Shown here: in pieces, positions 35,445 to 47,494 of the stretch | Numbering within the stretch: the first letter of the stretch is position 1 | Layout of the letters: every line of letters begins with the position of its first letter | From: Mobula hypostoma | Lineage: Eukaryota | Length of the DNA stretch: 64,000 nt | Direction: 5' to 3' | NCBI RefSeq assembly: GCF_963921235.1 | Contig: NC_086097.1 | Span: 248,064,001 to 248,128,000, forward strand | Translations under genes and position numbers: made by a program | The notes under the pieces: generated by a model | The model's input: the letters and a program-made list of their open reading frames with translations, nothing else | Database searches by the model: none | Told to the model about the DNA's origin: nothing

Positions 35445-37120
35445 TGGTGTGGGACGAGGGGTAGAGATGGAGTGTGGAGTGAGAGGGGTGTGGGACGAGG
35501 GGTAGAGAAGGAGTGTGGAGTGAGAGGGGTGTGGGACGAGGGGTAGAGATGGTGTTTGGAGGGAGAGGGGTGTGGGAGGAGAGATAGAGAGGGAGTGTGG
35601 AGGGAATGGGTGTGGGACAAGGGGTAGGGAAGGAGTTTGGAGATGAATGGGTGTGGGATGAGGGGTAGAGAAGGAGTTTGGAGGGAATGGGATGTGGGAC
35701 GAGGGGTAGAGAAGGAGTTTGGAGGGAATGGGATGTGGGACGAGGGGTAGAGAAGGAGTTTGGAGGGAATGGGTGTGGGATGAGGGGTAGAGAAGGAGTT
35801 TGGAGGGAATGGGTGTGGGATGAGGGGTAGAGAAGGAGTTTGGAGGGAATGGGTGTGGGACGAGGGGTAGAGAACGAGTGTGGAGGGAGAGGGGTGTGGG
35901 ATGAGGGGTAGAGAAGGAGTTTAGAGGGAATGGGTGTGGGACGGGTAGAGAATGAGTGTGGAGGGAGAGGGGTGTGGGACGAGGGGTAGAGATGGAGTGT
36001 GGAGGGAGAGGGGTGTGGGACGAGGGGTAGAGAAGGAGTGTGGAGTGAGAGGGGTGTGGGACGAGGGGTAGAGAAGGAGTGTGGAGTGAGAGGGGTGTGG
36101 GATGAGGGGTAGAGAATGAGTGTGGAGGGAGAGGGGTGTGGGACGAGGGGTAGAGATGGAGTGTGGAGGGAGAGGGGTGTGGGACGAGGGGTAGAGAAGG
36201 AGTGTGGAGTGAGAGGGGTGTGGGATGAGGGGTAGAGAAGGAGTTTGGAGGGAGAGGGTGTGGGATGAGGGGTAGAGAAGGAGTTTGGAGGGAATGGGAT
36301 GTGGGACGAGGGGTAGAGAAGGAGTTTGGAGGGAATGGGATGTGGGACGAGGGGTAGAGAAGGAGTTTGGAGGGATTGGGTTGTGGGACGAGGGGTAGAG
36401 AAGGAGTTTGGAGGGAATGGGTGTGGGATGAGGGGTAGAGAAGGAGTTTGGAGGGAATGGGTGTGAGATGAGGGGTAGAGAAGGAGTTTGGAGGGAATGG
36501 GTGTGGGACGAGGGGTAGAGAACGAGTGTGGAGGGAGAGGGGTGTGGGATGAGGGGTAGAGAAGGAGTTTAGAGGGAATGGGTGTGGGACGGGTAGAGAA
36601 TGAGTGTGGAGGGAGAGGGGTGTGGGACGAGGGGTAGAGATGGAGTGTGGAGGGAGAGGGGTGTGGGACGAGGGGTAGAGAAGGAGTGTGGAGTGAGAGG
36701 GGTGTGGGACGAGGGGTAGAGAAGGAGTGTGGAGTGAGAGGGGTGTGGGATGAGGGGTAGAGAATGAGTGTGGAGGGAGAGGGGTGTGGGACGAGGGGTA
36801 GAGATGGAGTGTGGAGGGAGAGGGGTGTGGGACGAGGGGTAGAGAAGGAGTGTGGAGTGAGAGGGGTGTGGGATGAGGGGTAGAGAAGGAGTTTGGAGGG
36901 AGAGGGTGTGGGATGAGGGGTAGAGAAGGAGTTTGGAGGGAATGGGATGTGGGACGAGGGGTAGAGAAGGAGTTTGGAGGGAATGGGATGTGGGACGAGG
37001 GGTAGAGAAGGAGTTTGGAGGGAATGGGATGTGGGACGAGGGGTAGAGAAGGAGTTTGGAGGGAATGGGATGTGGGACGAGGGGTAGAGAACGAGTGTGG
37101 AGGGAGAGGGGTGTGGGACA
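35445..37120 (+). repeat. G-rich minisatellite, 40-41-bp unit, ~41 copies, with a 648-bp higher-order duplication
   Basis: Unit GTGTGGGACGAGGGGTAGAGAAGGAGTKTGGAGGGA(ATGG/GAGGG). A diagnostic shortened unit recurs at 35941 and 36589. Confidence 0.95.
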
Positions 37121-37396
37121 TGGGTGCAGACACACCAGCCCTGAGATAACAGTCAAGGTCATCTAGTTCTAAACAACTGGGTTATTTATCATTACAGAAT
37201 ATCTCTCGCTCTCCTCCCTTCCCTTTTCCCAACCATGATTCCCCTCTTCCTGCCCCCTTCCCACTCTCAGTCCACAATAGAGACCCATATCAGAATCAGG
37301 TTTATCATCACTCACATGTCATGAAATTTGTATTTTTTGGGGCCATAGCAATACAGTGCAATACATAAAATTACTACAGTACTGTGCAAAAGTCAG

Positions 37397-37495
37397 ACTC
37401 TTTCTCTCTTCCTCCCTCCCCCTCACTCTCCTCTCACTCTCCCTCTCTCACTTTCTCTCTCTCTCACTCTCTCACTCTCTCTCTCACCCTCACAC
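37397..37495 (+). repeat. Imperfect (CT)n/(CTCA)n microsatellite
   Basis: Direct inspection. Confidence 0.8.
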
Positions 37496-38236
37496 ATATA
37501 TCTTGAAGTTCATTTTCTTGTAAGTATTTTCAGGAAAATAAAGTAACACAATAGAATTTGAAGAGCTACATAAGCAAAGACAAACAGTCACTGTGCAAAG
37601 GAAGAGAAATTGCTCAAATATAAAAAATAATAAAATTACTAACAGCATGAGTTGTAGAGTCGTTGAAAGGGAGTCTGTTGTGGCAAGGGAAGTTATCCCC
37701 TCTGGTTCAAGAGCCTGATGTTTGATGGGTAATTACTGCTCCTGCATTTGGTGGTTTAGGACCAAAAGGCTAATCATAGTCACAGAAGTCATAAGAACCT
37801 GGCTGGTGGAGGTTCTTGATGATAGATGCTGCATTCCTGTGTCGGCGCTCCTTGTAGACGTGCTCAATGATGGGGAAGGCTTTGCCTGAGATGGACTGGC
37901 CTGTATCCGCTTTCTGGAGCCTTTTCCATTCCTGGCTGTTTGGATCAAGCTTCCCTTCACATCTGTGCCATCTCCATGAAACACACCATGTGGCAATAGC
38001 ATTCATTGAAAAAAATCCTGAATGGCTCTTTGATTTTCAAAAGCTCTCTTGAAAATTTGCCCCATTGGAATCATAGAAAGATGCATCACCGAGGCAAAGC
38101 CTTCAGCCAGCAGTCAGCGCTGGTTAAGTCATCTAAAGCTTTGCCAGATTTTACAGATGCGCGGTGAAGGGCATACGGCCTGGTATGGAAACGCTAATGC
38201 CCTTGAATGGAAAAGCCTACAGGAAGTAGTGGAATC

Positions 38237-39305
38237 ACAAACAAGAAAATCTGCAGATGCTGGAAATCCGAGCAACATGCACAAAGTGCTGGAGGAACTC
38301 AGCAGGCCAGGCAGCATCTATGGAAAAGAGTACAGTCGACGTTTCAGGCCGAGACCTCTCAGCAAGACTGCAGGAAAAAAGACGAGGAGTCAGAGTTAGA
38401 TAGCGGTGGGAGAGGAGGAAGAAACACCAGGTGACAGGCGAAACTGGAGGGAGAGGGGTGAACTAAAGAGCTGGGAAGATGATTGGTGAAAGAGATACAG
38501 GCCTGGAGAAGGGGGAGTCTGACAGGGGAGGACAGAAGGCCATGGACGAAAGAAAAGGGGGAGGATCACCTGAAGGAGGTGATGGGCAGGTAAGGAGATA
38601 AGGTAAGAGAGGGAAAAGGGAATGGGGAATGGTGGGGGGGGGGGGTGAGGTGTGGGAGGGGTATTACCGAAAGTTCGAGAAATCAATGTTCAGGCCGTCA
38701 AGTTGGAGTCTACCCAAAAGGAATATATGGTGTTGTTCCGCCAACCTGAATGTGGCTGCATCGTGACAGCGGAGGAGGCCATGGACTGACATATTGGAAT
38801 AGGAATGGGAAGTGGAAGTAAAATGGGTGGCCACTGCGCGATCCCGGATGTTCTGGTGGACGGAGCGTGGATGCTCAATGAAACAGTTTCCCAATCTACA
38901 TCAGGTCTCACCAATATACAGGAGACCCCAATGGGAGCACCGGATACAGTAGATGACCCCAATACACTCACAGATGAAGTGTTGCCTCACCTGGAAGGAC
39001 TTTTTGGGGCCCTGAATGGTCGTGAGGGAGGAGGTGTGGGGGCAGGTGTCACACTTGTTCTGCTTGTAAGGATAAGTGCCAGGAGGGAGATCGGTGGGAG
39101 GGAGGAATGGACAAGGGAGTCACGTAGGGAGCGATCCCTGTGGAAAGCAGAAAGTGAGGGGAAGGGAAAGATGTGCTTGGTGGTGTGATCCGGTTGGAGA
39201 TGGTGGAAGTTACAGAGAATTATGTGCTGGATATGGTGGCTGGTAGGTGAGGACAAGAGGAACCTTTATCCCTGGTGGTGTGGAGAGAGGGTGGGGTGAG
39301 GGGGA
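38237..39305 (-). mobile_element. Neptune-type PLE (family A) 3' portion, degraded
   Basis: ORFs 38664..38894 and 38987..39256 match the C-terminal part of the 22377..24056 protein. Confidence 0.88.
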
Positions 39306-40630
39306 ATAATTTCACTCACCCCCATGCTGAAATATTCCCAGCACCTATTGACTCACTTTCAAAGACTCTATAATCTCACGTTCTCAATATTTATTGTTTA
39401 TTTATTTATTATTATTATTTTGTTTTTCCTTTTTCTATTTGCATAGCTTATTGTCTCTTGTACATTAGTTTGTTCAACTTTGTTGACTGTGCTTTTTCAT
39501 TGGTTCTGTTGGTTTTCTTTGTAGTTACTGTAAATGCCCATTTGAAAATGCATCTCAGGGTAGTTTATGGTGTCATATAGGTACTTATTTTCAACTTTGG
39601 CCTTCAGTAGTCGGGTGATTCAGTTTAAGAGCCACGAGGTAATGTTGCAATTCTATAAAACTCTGGTTAGACCACACTCGAAAAATTATGTTTAGTTTTT
39701 GTCACCTCATTGTAGGAAGGATGTGGAAGCTTTACAGAGGGTGCAGAGAAGATTTACCAGGATGATGCCTGGACTAGAGAGAACCTTTATGAAGGTGTAT
39801 AAGATGATAAGAGGCATAGATCAAGTGGACAGCCAGAAACATTTTCCCCAGGGCAGAAATGGCTAATAGGAGGTGGCATAATTTTACGTTGATTGGAGGG
39901 AAGTATAGGGGAGATGTTAGGTTCTTTTAGAAGTCCAAGAATGAGTGAAAACTTGTTGCTTCCAGAGCATAAGAAACTAAGAGAAGACAAAGAAACAAGA
40001 ACAAAGATGGTGATTTTTGCAGAGCCTGACACCTTTGTACTTGAAATAGGACAAATTCCTGAATTAAGACAAATATTGAGATAAGGAAGGACCAACTAAA
40101 AAATACACAGTCACTGCACACGTCTCATGTGCAACACTTACAAACCATTATGTAACTGCTATACTGCTGTTCCACCAGTAGGTGGAGAAAAACACCACAT
40201 ATTACGAAAATATACAAGTTAAAAATGACAAATTGTGTGCTAGTAAAAACTACAATTTTAGTCTTGCATTAATTCAACTGATACCAAACCAAAAGTATAA
40301 AAAACAAATCGCAACAGTTGGTTAATTGGTCATTGTAAACTGTCCTGTGATTAGTCTAGGATTAAATATGTGGGTTGCTGGGCAGCGCGGCTTGTAAGGA
40401 CCTGTTCTGTGCTGAGTCACTAAATAAAAATAAGTCAGATATGAATCTGTGTAAAGCAGGTTCCCAGAATAAAACATTCCTATGAAAATATCTTCAAACT
40501 GATAGAAATATGCAGGCATGTACATAGTGCTTTCCTCGCTCAAGGAGCATATTGCAGTGGAAGAACTTAAACATTAATAAGGAGATATGACAACAGCCTT
40601 AATTCTTTTGTTTTTTTCCTCTCTCCGCAG

Positions 40631-40685
40631 GCTCTCGAAATCTGTCAGCAGAGGAACTTTGTTGAAGAGACAGTTTTTCTCTTAA
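40631..40685 (+). CDS. VPS41: VPS41 coding exon, ALEICQQRNFVEETVFLL(S)
   Basis: ccgcag|GCT...A|gtaaga; 55 nt. Confidence 0.96.
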
Positions 40686-41290
40686 GTAAGAACGTGTTCG
40701 GTGTTGGATGCATTTTTGGGAGGGCTTGAGGGGAAGAGTTCTCTGGAAGAAAGGTCTCTTTGGACCAATTAATTTGTATGAAGCAAAGAAACACCATGGT
40801 AGTGCAACGTTATTACAGCTCAGGGCGTCAGAGTTGAAAGTTGAATTTCGATGCTGTCTACAAGGAGTTTGCACGTTCTCCCCATGACCACTTGGGTTTC
40901 CTCGGATGCTCCAGCCCCCCCCCCCGTATAAAACTGTACTGGTTGGTAGGTTAGGATTAGGCTAGGATTAAATAGGTAGATTGCTGAGCAGCACGGCTCA
41001 CACTGCTCTGCGCTGTACCTCAAGATAAGAAAAGAAAAGTAACTTTGCTTTCAGCAATGATTTGCTGTGAGATGCCTGACACAGGAGATGTTGCAGAACC
41101 TGAAACTACAGAGTAACGCACACAAAGTGCTGGAGGAATGCAGCAGTTCAGGAATATGAATGAACAGTAAAACCTTTGGACTGAGATCCTTCAACAGGAC
41201 CAGCTAGTTCAGCTTCACGTTGTTGGCCCTTCTCCACCGGTGCAGAAAGATTAGAAGCCTTCCTGAAGGATGCACAGTGCTGAAGCAATA

Positions 41291-42139
41291 CAGGTTGAGT
41301 ACCCGTTGTCCAAAAATTCCAAAATCTGAAAGCCTCCAAAATGCCAGATTTGTTTGAGCGCTGACATGACGTCACATGTGGAAAATTCCACAAGCTGCTG
41401 GTGAGGTTTCCAGGCGATGCGCAGCTCTCTGAGTACCACAGACAATTCTGAGAGGTGGCATCACATATTTAATCAACAGGTTAATGAAAAATAGAAAAAA
41501 CACTGCATAAAGTGAAAAATGGAGATCGCAAACGAGAGAAAATCTGTGGATGCTGGAACTAAAAGCAACACACACAAAATGCTGGAAGAACTCAGCAGGC
41601 CAGGCAGCATCTGTGGAAAAGAGTACAGTGGACATTTCGGGCCGAGGCACTTCAGCAGGACTGAAGAGGAAAAGATGACGATCTCGATCGTGTAATGAAA
41701 GACTGGATTCATCAGCTTCAGAATGAACATATGCCACTTAATGGTACGCTGATCATGAAACAAGCAAAGATCTATCATGACAAACTGAAAAAAATTTAAG
41801 GTGATAGTGAATATTCAGCAGGCTGGTTGCAGAAATTTAGGAAAAGACATGGCATCAAATTTTAAAAGATTTGGGGTCTACTGACCACGAAGCAGCAGAG
41901 AAGTTCATCGATGAGCTTGCCAAGATCATTGCTGACGAAAATCTAACACACTGAACAGCTGCATCATTACATACTGAATGTGTGATGAACAAGTGTTAGA
42001 CAAAGACGGCTTACCAGTAGCACATAAATTCAGAGTCGGAAATAATGGCGATCCCAAGCTATCTCATTATACATTCCAGAAACAGAAATCCAAAACCCTT
42101 CCTGCGCCAACATTTTGGATAAAGGGAACTGGAACAGTG
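41291..42139 (+). mobile_element. Tigger/pogo DNA transposon deletion derivative (Tigger4/MER46-like), interrupted by a PLE tail at ~41527-41675
   Basis: TA-CAGGTTGAGTACCC left TIR, degraded right TIR, and CENP-B HTH remnant DLDRVMKDWIHQLQNEHMPLNGTLIMKQAKIYHD...YSAGWLQKFRKRHGI. Confidence 0.82.
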
Positions 42140-42269
42140 TAGCCTGAGTGCGTTAGGGTGGACTAATATTAGGGCTTAGGACTGTGGCACTGTCAATGTA
42201 AGAGATTCTATTTACCTTTTCTGGAATGGTTCTCCAAAGAAAGGATCTTGATCTTGATCTTCATAGAGA

Positions 42270-43220
42270 TGTCATCAAAATTAAGAATAAAGTTAGGAGA
42301 GCCAGAAGGGGCCATGAGAAGGCAGTGGTGAGCGGGATTAAGGAAAACCCCAGAGCGTTCTACAGGTATGTGAAGAGCAAGAGGATAAGACGTGAGAGAA
42401 TAGGATCAATCAAGTGTGACAGTGGAGAAGTATGTACGGAACCAGAGGAGATAACGGAGGTACTTAATGAATACTTTGCTTCAGTATTCACTACAGAAAC
42501 GGACCTTGAAGTTTGTACGGATGTCTTACAGCGGACTAAAAAGCTTGAGCATATAGACATTAAGCAAGAGGATGTACTGGAGCCTTTGGAAAGCATCAAT
42601 TTGGATAAGTCACTGGGACTGGATGAGATATATCCCAGGCTACTGTGGGAGGTGAGGGAGGAGATTGCTGAGCCTCTGGCGATGATCTTTGCATCATCAA
42701 TGGGGACGGGAGAGGTTCCGGAGGATTGGAGTGTTGCAGATGTTGTTGCCTTATCCAAGAAAGGGAGTACAGATAGCCCAGGAAATTATAGACCAGTGAG
42801 TCTTACTTCAGTGGTTGGTAAGATGATAGAGAAGATCCTGAGAGGCAGGATTTATGAACACTTGGAGAGGCATAATAAGATTAGGAATAGTCAGTATGGC
42901 TTTATCAAAGGCAGGTCATGCCTGACGAGCCTGATTGAAAATTTTGAGGATGAGACTAAACACATTGATGAAGGTAAGAGCAGTAGATGTAGTGTATATG
43001 GATTTCAGCAAGGCATTTGATGAAGGTACCCCATGCAAGGCTTATTGAGAAAGTAAGGAGGCACGGGATCCAAGGGGGCCTTGCTTTGTGGGTCCAGAAT
43101 TGCCCAGAGAAAGCAATGAGTGGTTGTAGATGGGTCATATTATGTATGGCGGTTTGTGACCAGTGGTGTGCCTCAGGAAACTTTTCTGGGGACCCTTCTC
43201 TTCGTGATATTTATAAATGT
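42270..43220 (+). mobile_element. CR1-like LINE ORF2 fragment
   Basis: ORF 42226..43020 (LNEYFASVFT, PGNYRPVSLTSVVGK, QYGFIKGRSCLT). Confidence 0.92.
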
Positions 43221-43704
43221 CCTCGGTCTGTTGTCTAGAACGGAGCGGACAGCTTTAAGGCTCTCTTGATGGGGGATAGAGGTGTATATGGATTGGACGT
43301 CTATGGTGAAAATGAGATGATTGACATTTTCATCAGCTTGTTAAATTTGGGGAATACATTTGCTTCTCCTGTCATCATGCATGTTGTTTGGGTCTGATTT
43401 AATGGTAAATACTGCCCTCCACTGGTCATTCCTACATTTTAAGAATATAACTATCAAAGAAGAGAGAAACTATTTAAAAGTTATTCCTGGAGAATTTTGA
43501 TTCTCATAGTATTGCCAGAACTGATGAATATTTAAAACTCATATTATCGACAAATTTAGCCCTTGCCTAACAAGATCAGGCAATGTCAGGTCTCTACCAC
43601 TCCTGAGCAGCAGATACATGAGGGACTTTTAAGAGAAGTTTGGATAGGGACATGAATGTGAGGGGAATGGAAGGATATGGATGTTATGTATGCCACTTTT
43701 TTGC

Positions 43705-44580
43705 CCATTCTTCCAATTTGCAGCAGGACTTAGACAAATTGGAAGAATGGGCAAAAAAGAGGCAGATGGGATACAGTGTTGGGAAATGTATGACAATGCA
43801 TTTTGGTAAAAGGAACGATAGTGCGGACTATTACCTAAATGGTGAGAAGATTCAAACATCAGAGATGCAGAGGGACTTGGGAATCCTCATGCAAAATGCT
43901 CAGAAGGTTAATTCACAGGTTGAGTCTGTGGTAAAGAAGGCAAATGCAATGTTGGCATTTATTTCAAGGAGAATAGAATGTAAAAGCAAGGAGATAATGC
44001 TGAGTGTTTATAAGACACTAGTTAGGCTGCATTTAAGAGTATTGTCAACAGTTTTGGGCCCCATATTTCAGAAAGGATGTGCTGTCATTGGAGAGAGTCC
44101 ACAAGAGGTTCACAGGGATGATTCCAGGAATGAAGGGGTTAATATATGAGGATCGTTTGGCAGCTTTGGGCCTGTACTCACTGGAATTTAGAACAATGCA
44201 GTGGGATTTCATTGAAATCTACTGAATGTTGAAAGGACTAGATAAGGTGGATGTGGAGAGGATGTTTCCTATGGTGGGGGGTATTCAGAGCTAGAGAGCA
44301 CAGCCTCAAAATTGAGGGGCGACCTTTTAGAACAGAGGCAAGGCAGAATTTTTTTTTAGCCAGAGAGTGGTAAATCTGTGGAATGCTCTGCTACAGACCG
44401 CGGTGGAGGCCAAGTCTGTAGGTATATTTAAGACGGAAGTTGATCGTTTCCTGATCGGTCATGGTATCAAAGGAGAAGGCAGGTGTGTGGGGTTGAGTGG
44501 GATCCGGGATCAACCATGATGGAATGACAGAGCAGACTCAATGGGCCGGATGGCCTAATTCTGCTCCTATGTCTTATGGC
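43705..44580 (+). mobile_element. CR1-like LINE 3' fragment
   Basis: ORF 43640..44149 and CR1 tail. Confidence 0.88.
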
Positions 44581-46319
44581 GTTATAAGTGATTAGTTCAG
44601 TTGGCCATTTGATTTGGTTGGACACAATGTTATGGGCTGAAGGGCCTGTTTCTGTGCTGTACTGTACTGTTCTACAAAGAAACGTCAACAGTTTATTCCC
44701 CTCCACAGAAGCTGCCTGATTTGATCAGTTCCTCCAGCATTTTCTGTATGGATGTCCAGCATCTGCAGAATTTCTTGTGTCAGTAAATGGGCAATGCCTG
44801 AATTATGATATTAGAAAAAGTATAGCTATACCGTCCCTTTTTAAACACATGATCTGACCTTGTGAGTCATTCATACTTAAATGTCACAGACTTTAACAAT
44901 ACGGGAACAGATCTCGCCATATATTTGTGGAGAGACTCGATGGGCCAAGTGACCTAATTCTACTCCTTTGTTGTATGGTAAAGGTACTGCAGTTGTACTT
45001 GGGAACCAGCAAGAAGGGCAATCAAAGTCAGAAATGATGCATTTAATTAATCTCTTTTGTTGAAAGCTTTTTTTCCTTTTGGCCTTATTTCCTCTGCACC
45101 ATTTTAATTAATGAAGTTCACAGCCAAACGACAGGTGGACACAGACGAACCCATCCTTTAGTTTATGACAGAACTAGAACTCCACTGTGAAGTTTCAAGT
45201 CTCTGGATGCCAACGTGTCTGAGGATCTGTCCTGGGCCAATGTATGATGCAATTATGACAGATACCTGACAGCGGCTGTATTTCATCCGGAGTCTGAGGA
45301 GATTGGGTCTACCAAGGACCCTAGCAAATTGCTACAGATCTCCTGTGGAGAGCGTTCTGACTGGTTGCATCACTGTCCGGTATGGAGGGGCCACCGCAAA
45401 GGTTTGCAGACTCAGCCAGCCCCATCACAGGCACAAGCCTCTCCCTCTCCACCATCAAGGACATCTTCCAAAGGTGGTATCTCAAGAAGGCAACATCTAT
45501 CGCTAAGGATCCTTCCAGGACATGCCATCTTCTCATTACTACCATCAGAAGGAGATACGGGAGGCCGAAGGTGCACATTTAATGGTTTAGGAACAGCTTC
45601 TTCCCCTCTGCCATCTGATTTCTGAAAGGTCCATGAACACCACCTTGTGATTTTGCTCTCTTTCTGTTTTGTTTCTTTATTTTTGTAGGATGTTTCCTAT
45701 GTTTGAGGAGTCTGGGACCAGAGGACACAGCCTCAGAACAGAGGGGTGTCCATTTAGAACAGAGATGAGGAGGAATTTCTGTAGTCAGAGAGTGGTGAAT
45801 CTGTGGAATTCTTTGCCACAGGCAGCTGTGGAGACCAAGTCATTACGACTATTTAAGGCAGAGGCTGATAGATTCTTGATTGGTTAGGGCATGAAGTGAT
45901 ACAGGGAGAAGGCAGGAGACTGGGGCTGAGGGGGGATCTCTCATCAGTCTGTATTGGAGAAAATCAACCATGGGATGCAGATTGGTGGGGAGAAACCCAG
46001 TTCATATTTCAGACCGACGACCTTTCAAGAGAAAATGTTTCCTTGTTTGTTTATGGCGATTCTTGGTTCTTGCCGCAAATTCTTCCCATATTATGAATGG
46101 GAATTGTGCCCCCAGCTATAAGATCCGGGTTCAATTCCTGCCACTGTAAGGAGTTTCACAGACGGCACGGTAGCACCGTGTAACGGTTAGAGTAACGCAT
46201 TACAGCACCGATGACCCAGGTTCAATTCCCCCTGGTGCCAAACAAGAGTTTGTGCGTTCTCCTCGTGACTGCGTGGGTTTCCTCTCAGTGCTCTGGGTTC
46301 CCCACACATCCCAAAGACA

Positions 46320-46858
46320 TACAGTACTGTGCAAAAGTCTTAAGTACATACTTACATATAGCTAGGGTGCCTGAAACATTTGCACAGTACGGTATTTGTC
46401 AACGTGGAATGGAGAGCAAGTTTGTATATCTGGCGGAAGCAAAGGATGTTAGGAATGGTGGGGGTGGAGCGCTGTGGGAGGGGTGTGGGACAGGTGGCAG
46501 AGAAACAGTGCAAGGGACAGGAGTGGGTGGTGCAGATGCAGACACACCCAGCCCTGGGACACCAGGTAAGATCATTTGATTCCAGACAATTGGTTTATTG
46601 ATCATTACAGAATGTCTCTCTGGTGCTTCTCGCTCCCTCCCCTCTCCCTTCCCCTTTTCCCAACCATGATTCCCCTCTCCCTGCCCCCTTCCCACTCTCA
46701 GTCCACCATAGAGACCCATCTCAGAATCAGGTTTATCATCACTCACATATGTCATGATTTTTTTTTGTGGCAGCTGTACAGTGTACTGTGAAAACTACAT
46801 AGAACTACATAAAACTACATAGTACTGTGCAAAAGTTTTAGACTCCCTAGCTATACAG
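46320..46858 (+). mobile_element. Tc1-like non-autonomous element (same family as 5036..5570), inserted in a SINE
   Basis: Palindromic cassette at 46320-46390; second cassette from 46821 truncated by CR1. Confidence 0.65.
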
Positions 46859-46859
46859 G

Positions 46860-47492
46860 TACGATGTTGGAAAGTGTATGGTCATGCACTTTGGTGGAAG
46901 AAATAAACAGGCAGACTATTATTTAAATGGGGAGAGAGTTCAAAATGCAGAGATGCAAAGGGACTTGGGAGTCCTCGTGCAGGATACCCTAACGGTTAAT
47001 CTCAACCTGGAGTTGGTTGTGAAGAAGGCGAATGCAATGTTGGCATTCATTTCTAGAAGTATAGAATATAAGAGCCGGGATGTGATGTTGAGGCTCTATA
47101 AGGCACTCGTGAGACCACACTTGGAGTACTGTGTGCAGTTTTGGGCTCCTTATTTTAGAAAGGGATATACCGACATTGGCGAGGGTTCAGAGAAGATTCA
47201 CGAGAATTATTCCAGGAATGAAAGGGTTATCATATGAGGAACATCTGGCAGCTCTTGGGCTGTATTCCTAGTGTTCAGGAGAATGAGGGGGGATCTCATA
47301 GAAACATTCTGAATGTTAAAAGGCCTGAGCAGATTAGATATGGCAAAGTTATTTCTTATGGGTAGGGGATTCTAGGACAAGAGGGCACCACTTCAGAATT
47401 GAAGGATGTCCTTTTAGAATGGAGATGCGGAGAAATTACTTTAGTCAGAGGCTGATAAATCTGTGGAATTTGTTGCCACGGGTAGCTGTGGA
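46860..47492 (+). mobile_element. CR1-like LINE 3' fragment
   Basis: ORF 46878..47237 (LVRPHLEYCVQFWAP). Confidence 0.9.
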
Positions 47493-47494
47493 AC

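Noticed and set aside
35445..37120. Possible CRISPR-like array
   Set aside because: Units are contiguous tandem repeats with no unique spacers; the context is eukaryotic and there are no cas genes.
35166..37133. 655-aa Pro/Ser/His-rich ORF on the minus strand
   Set aside because: It is the translation of the minisatellite's C-rich strand, which lacks stops by composition, and it is antisense to a VPS41 intron and exon.
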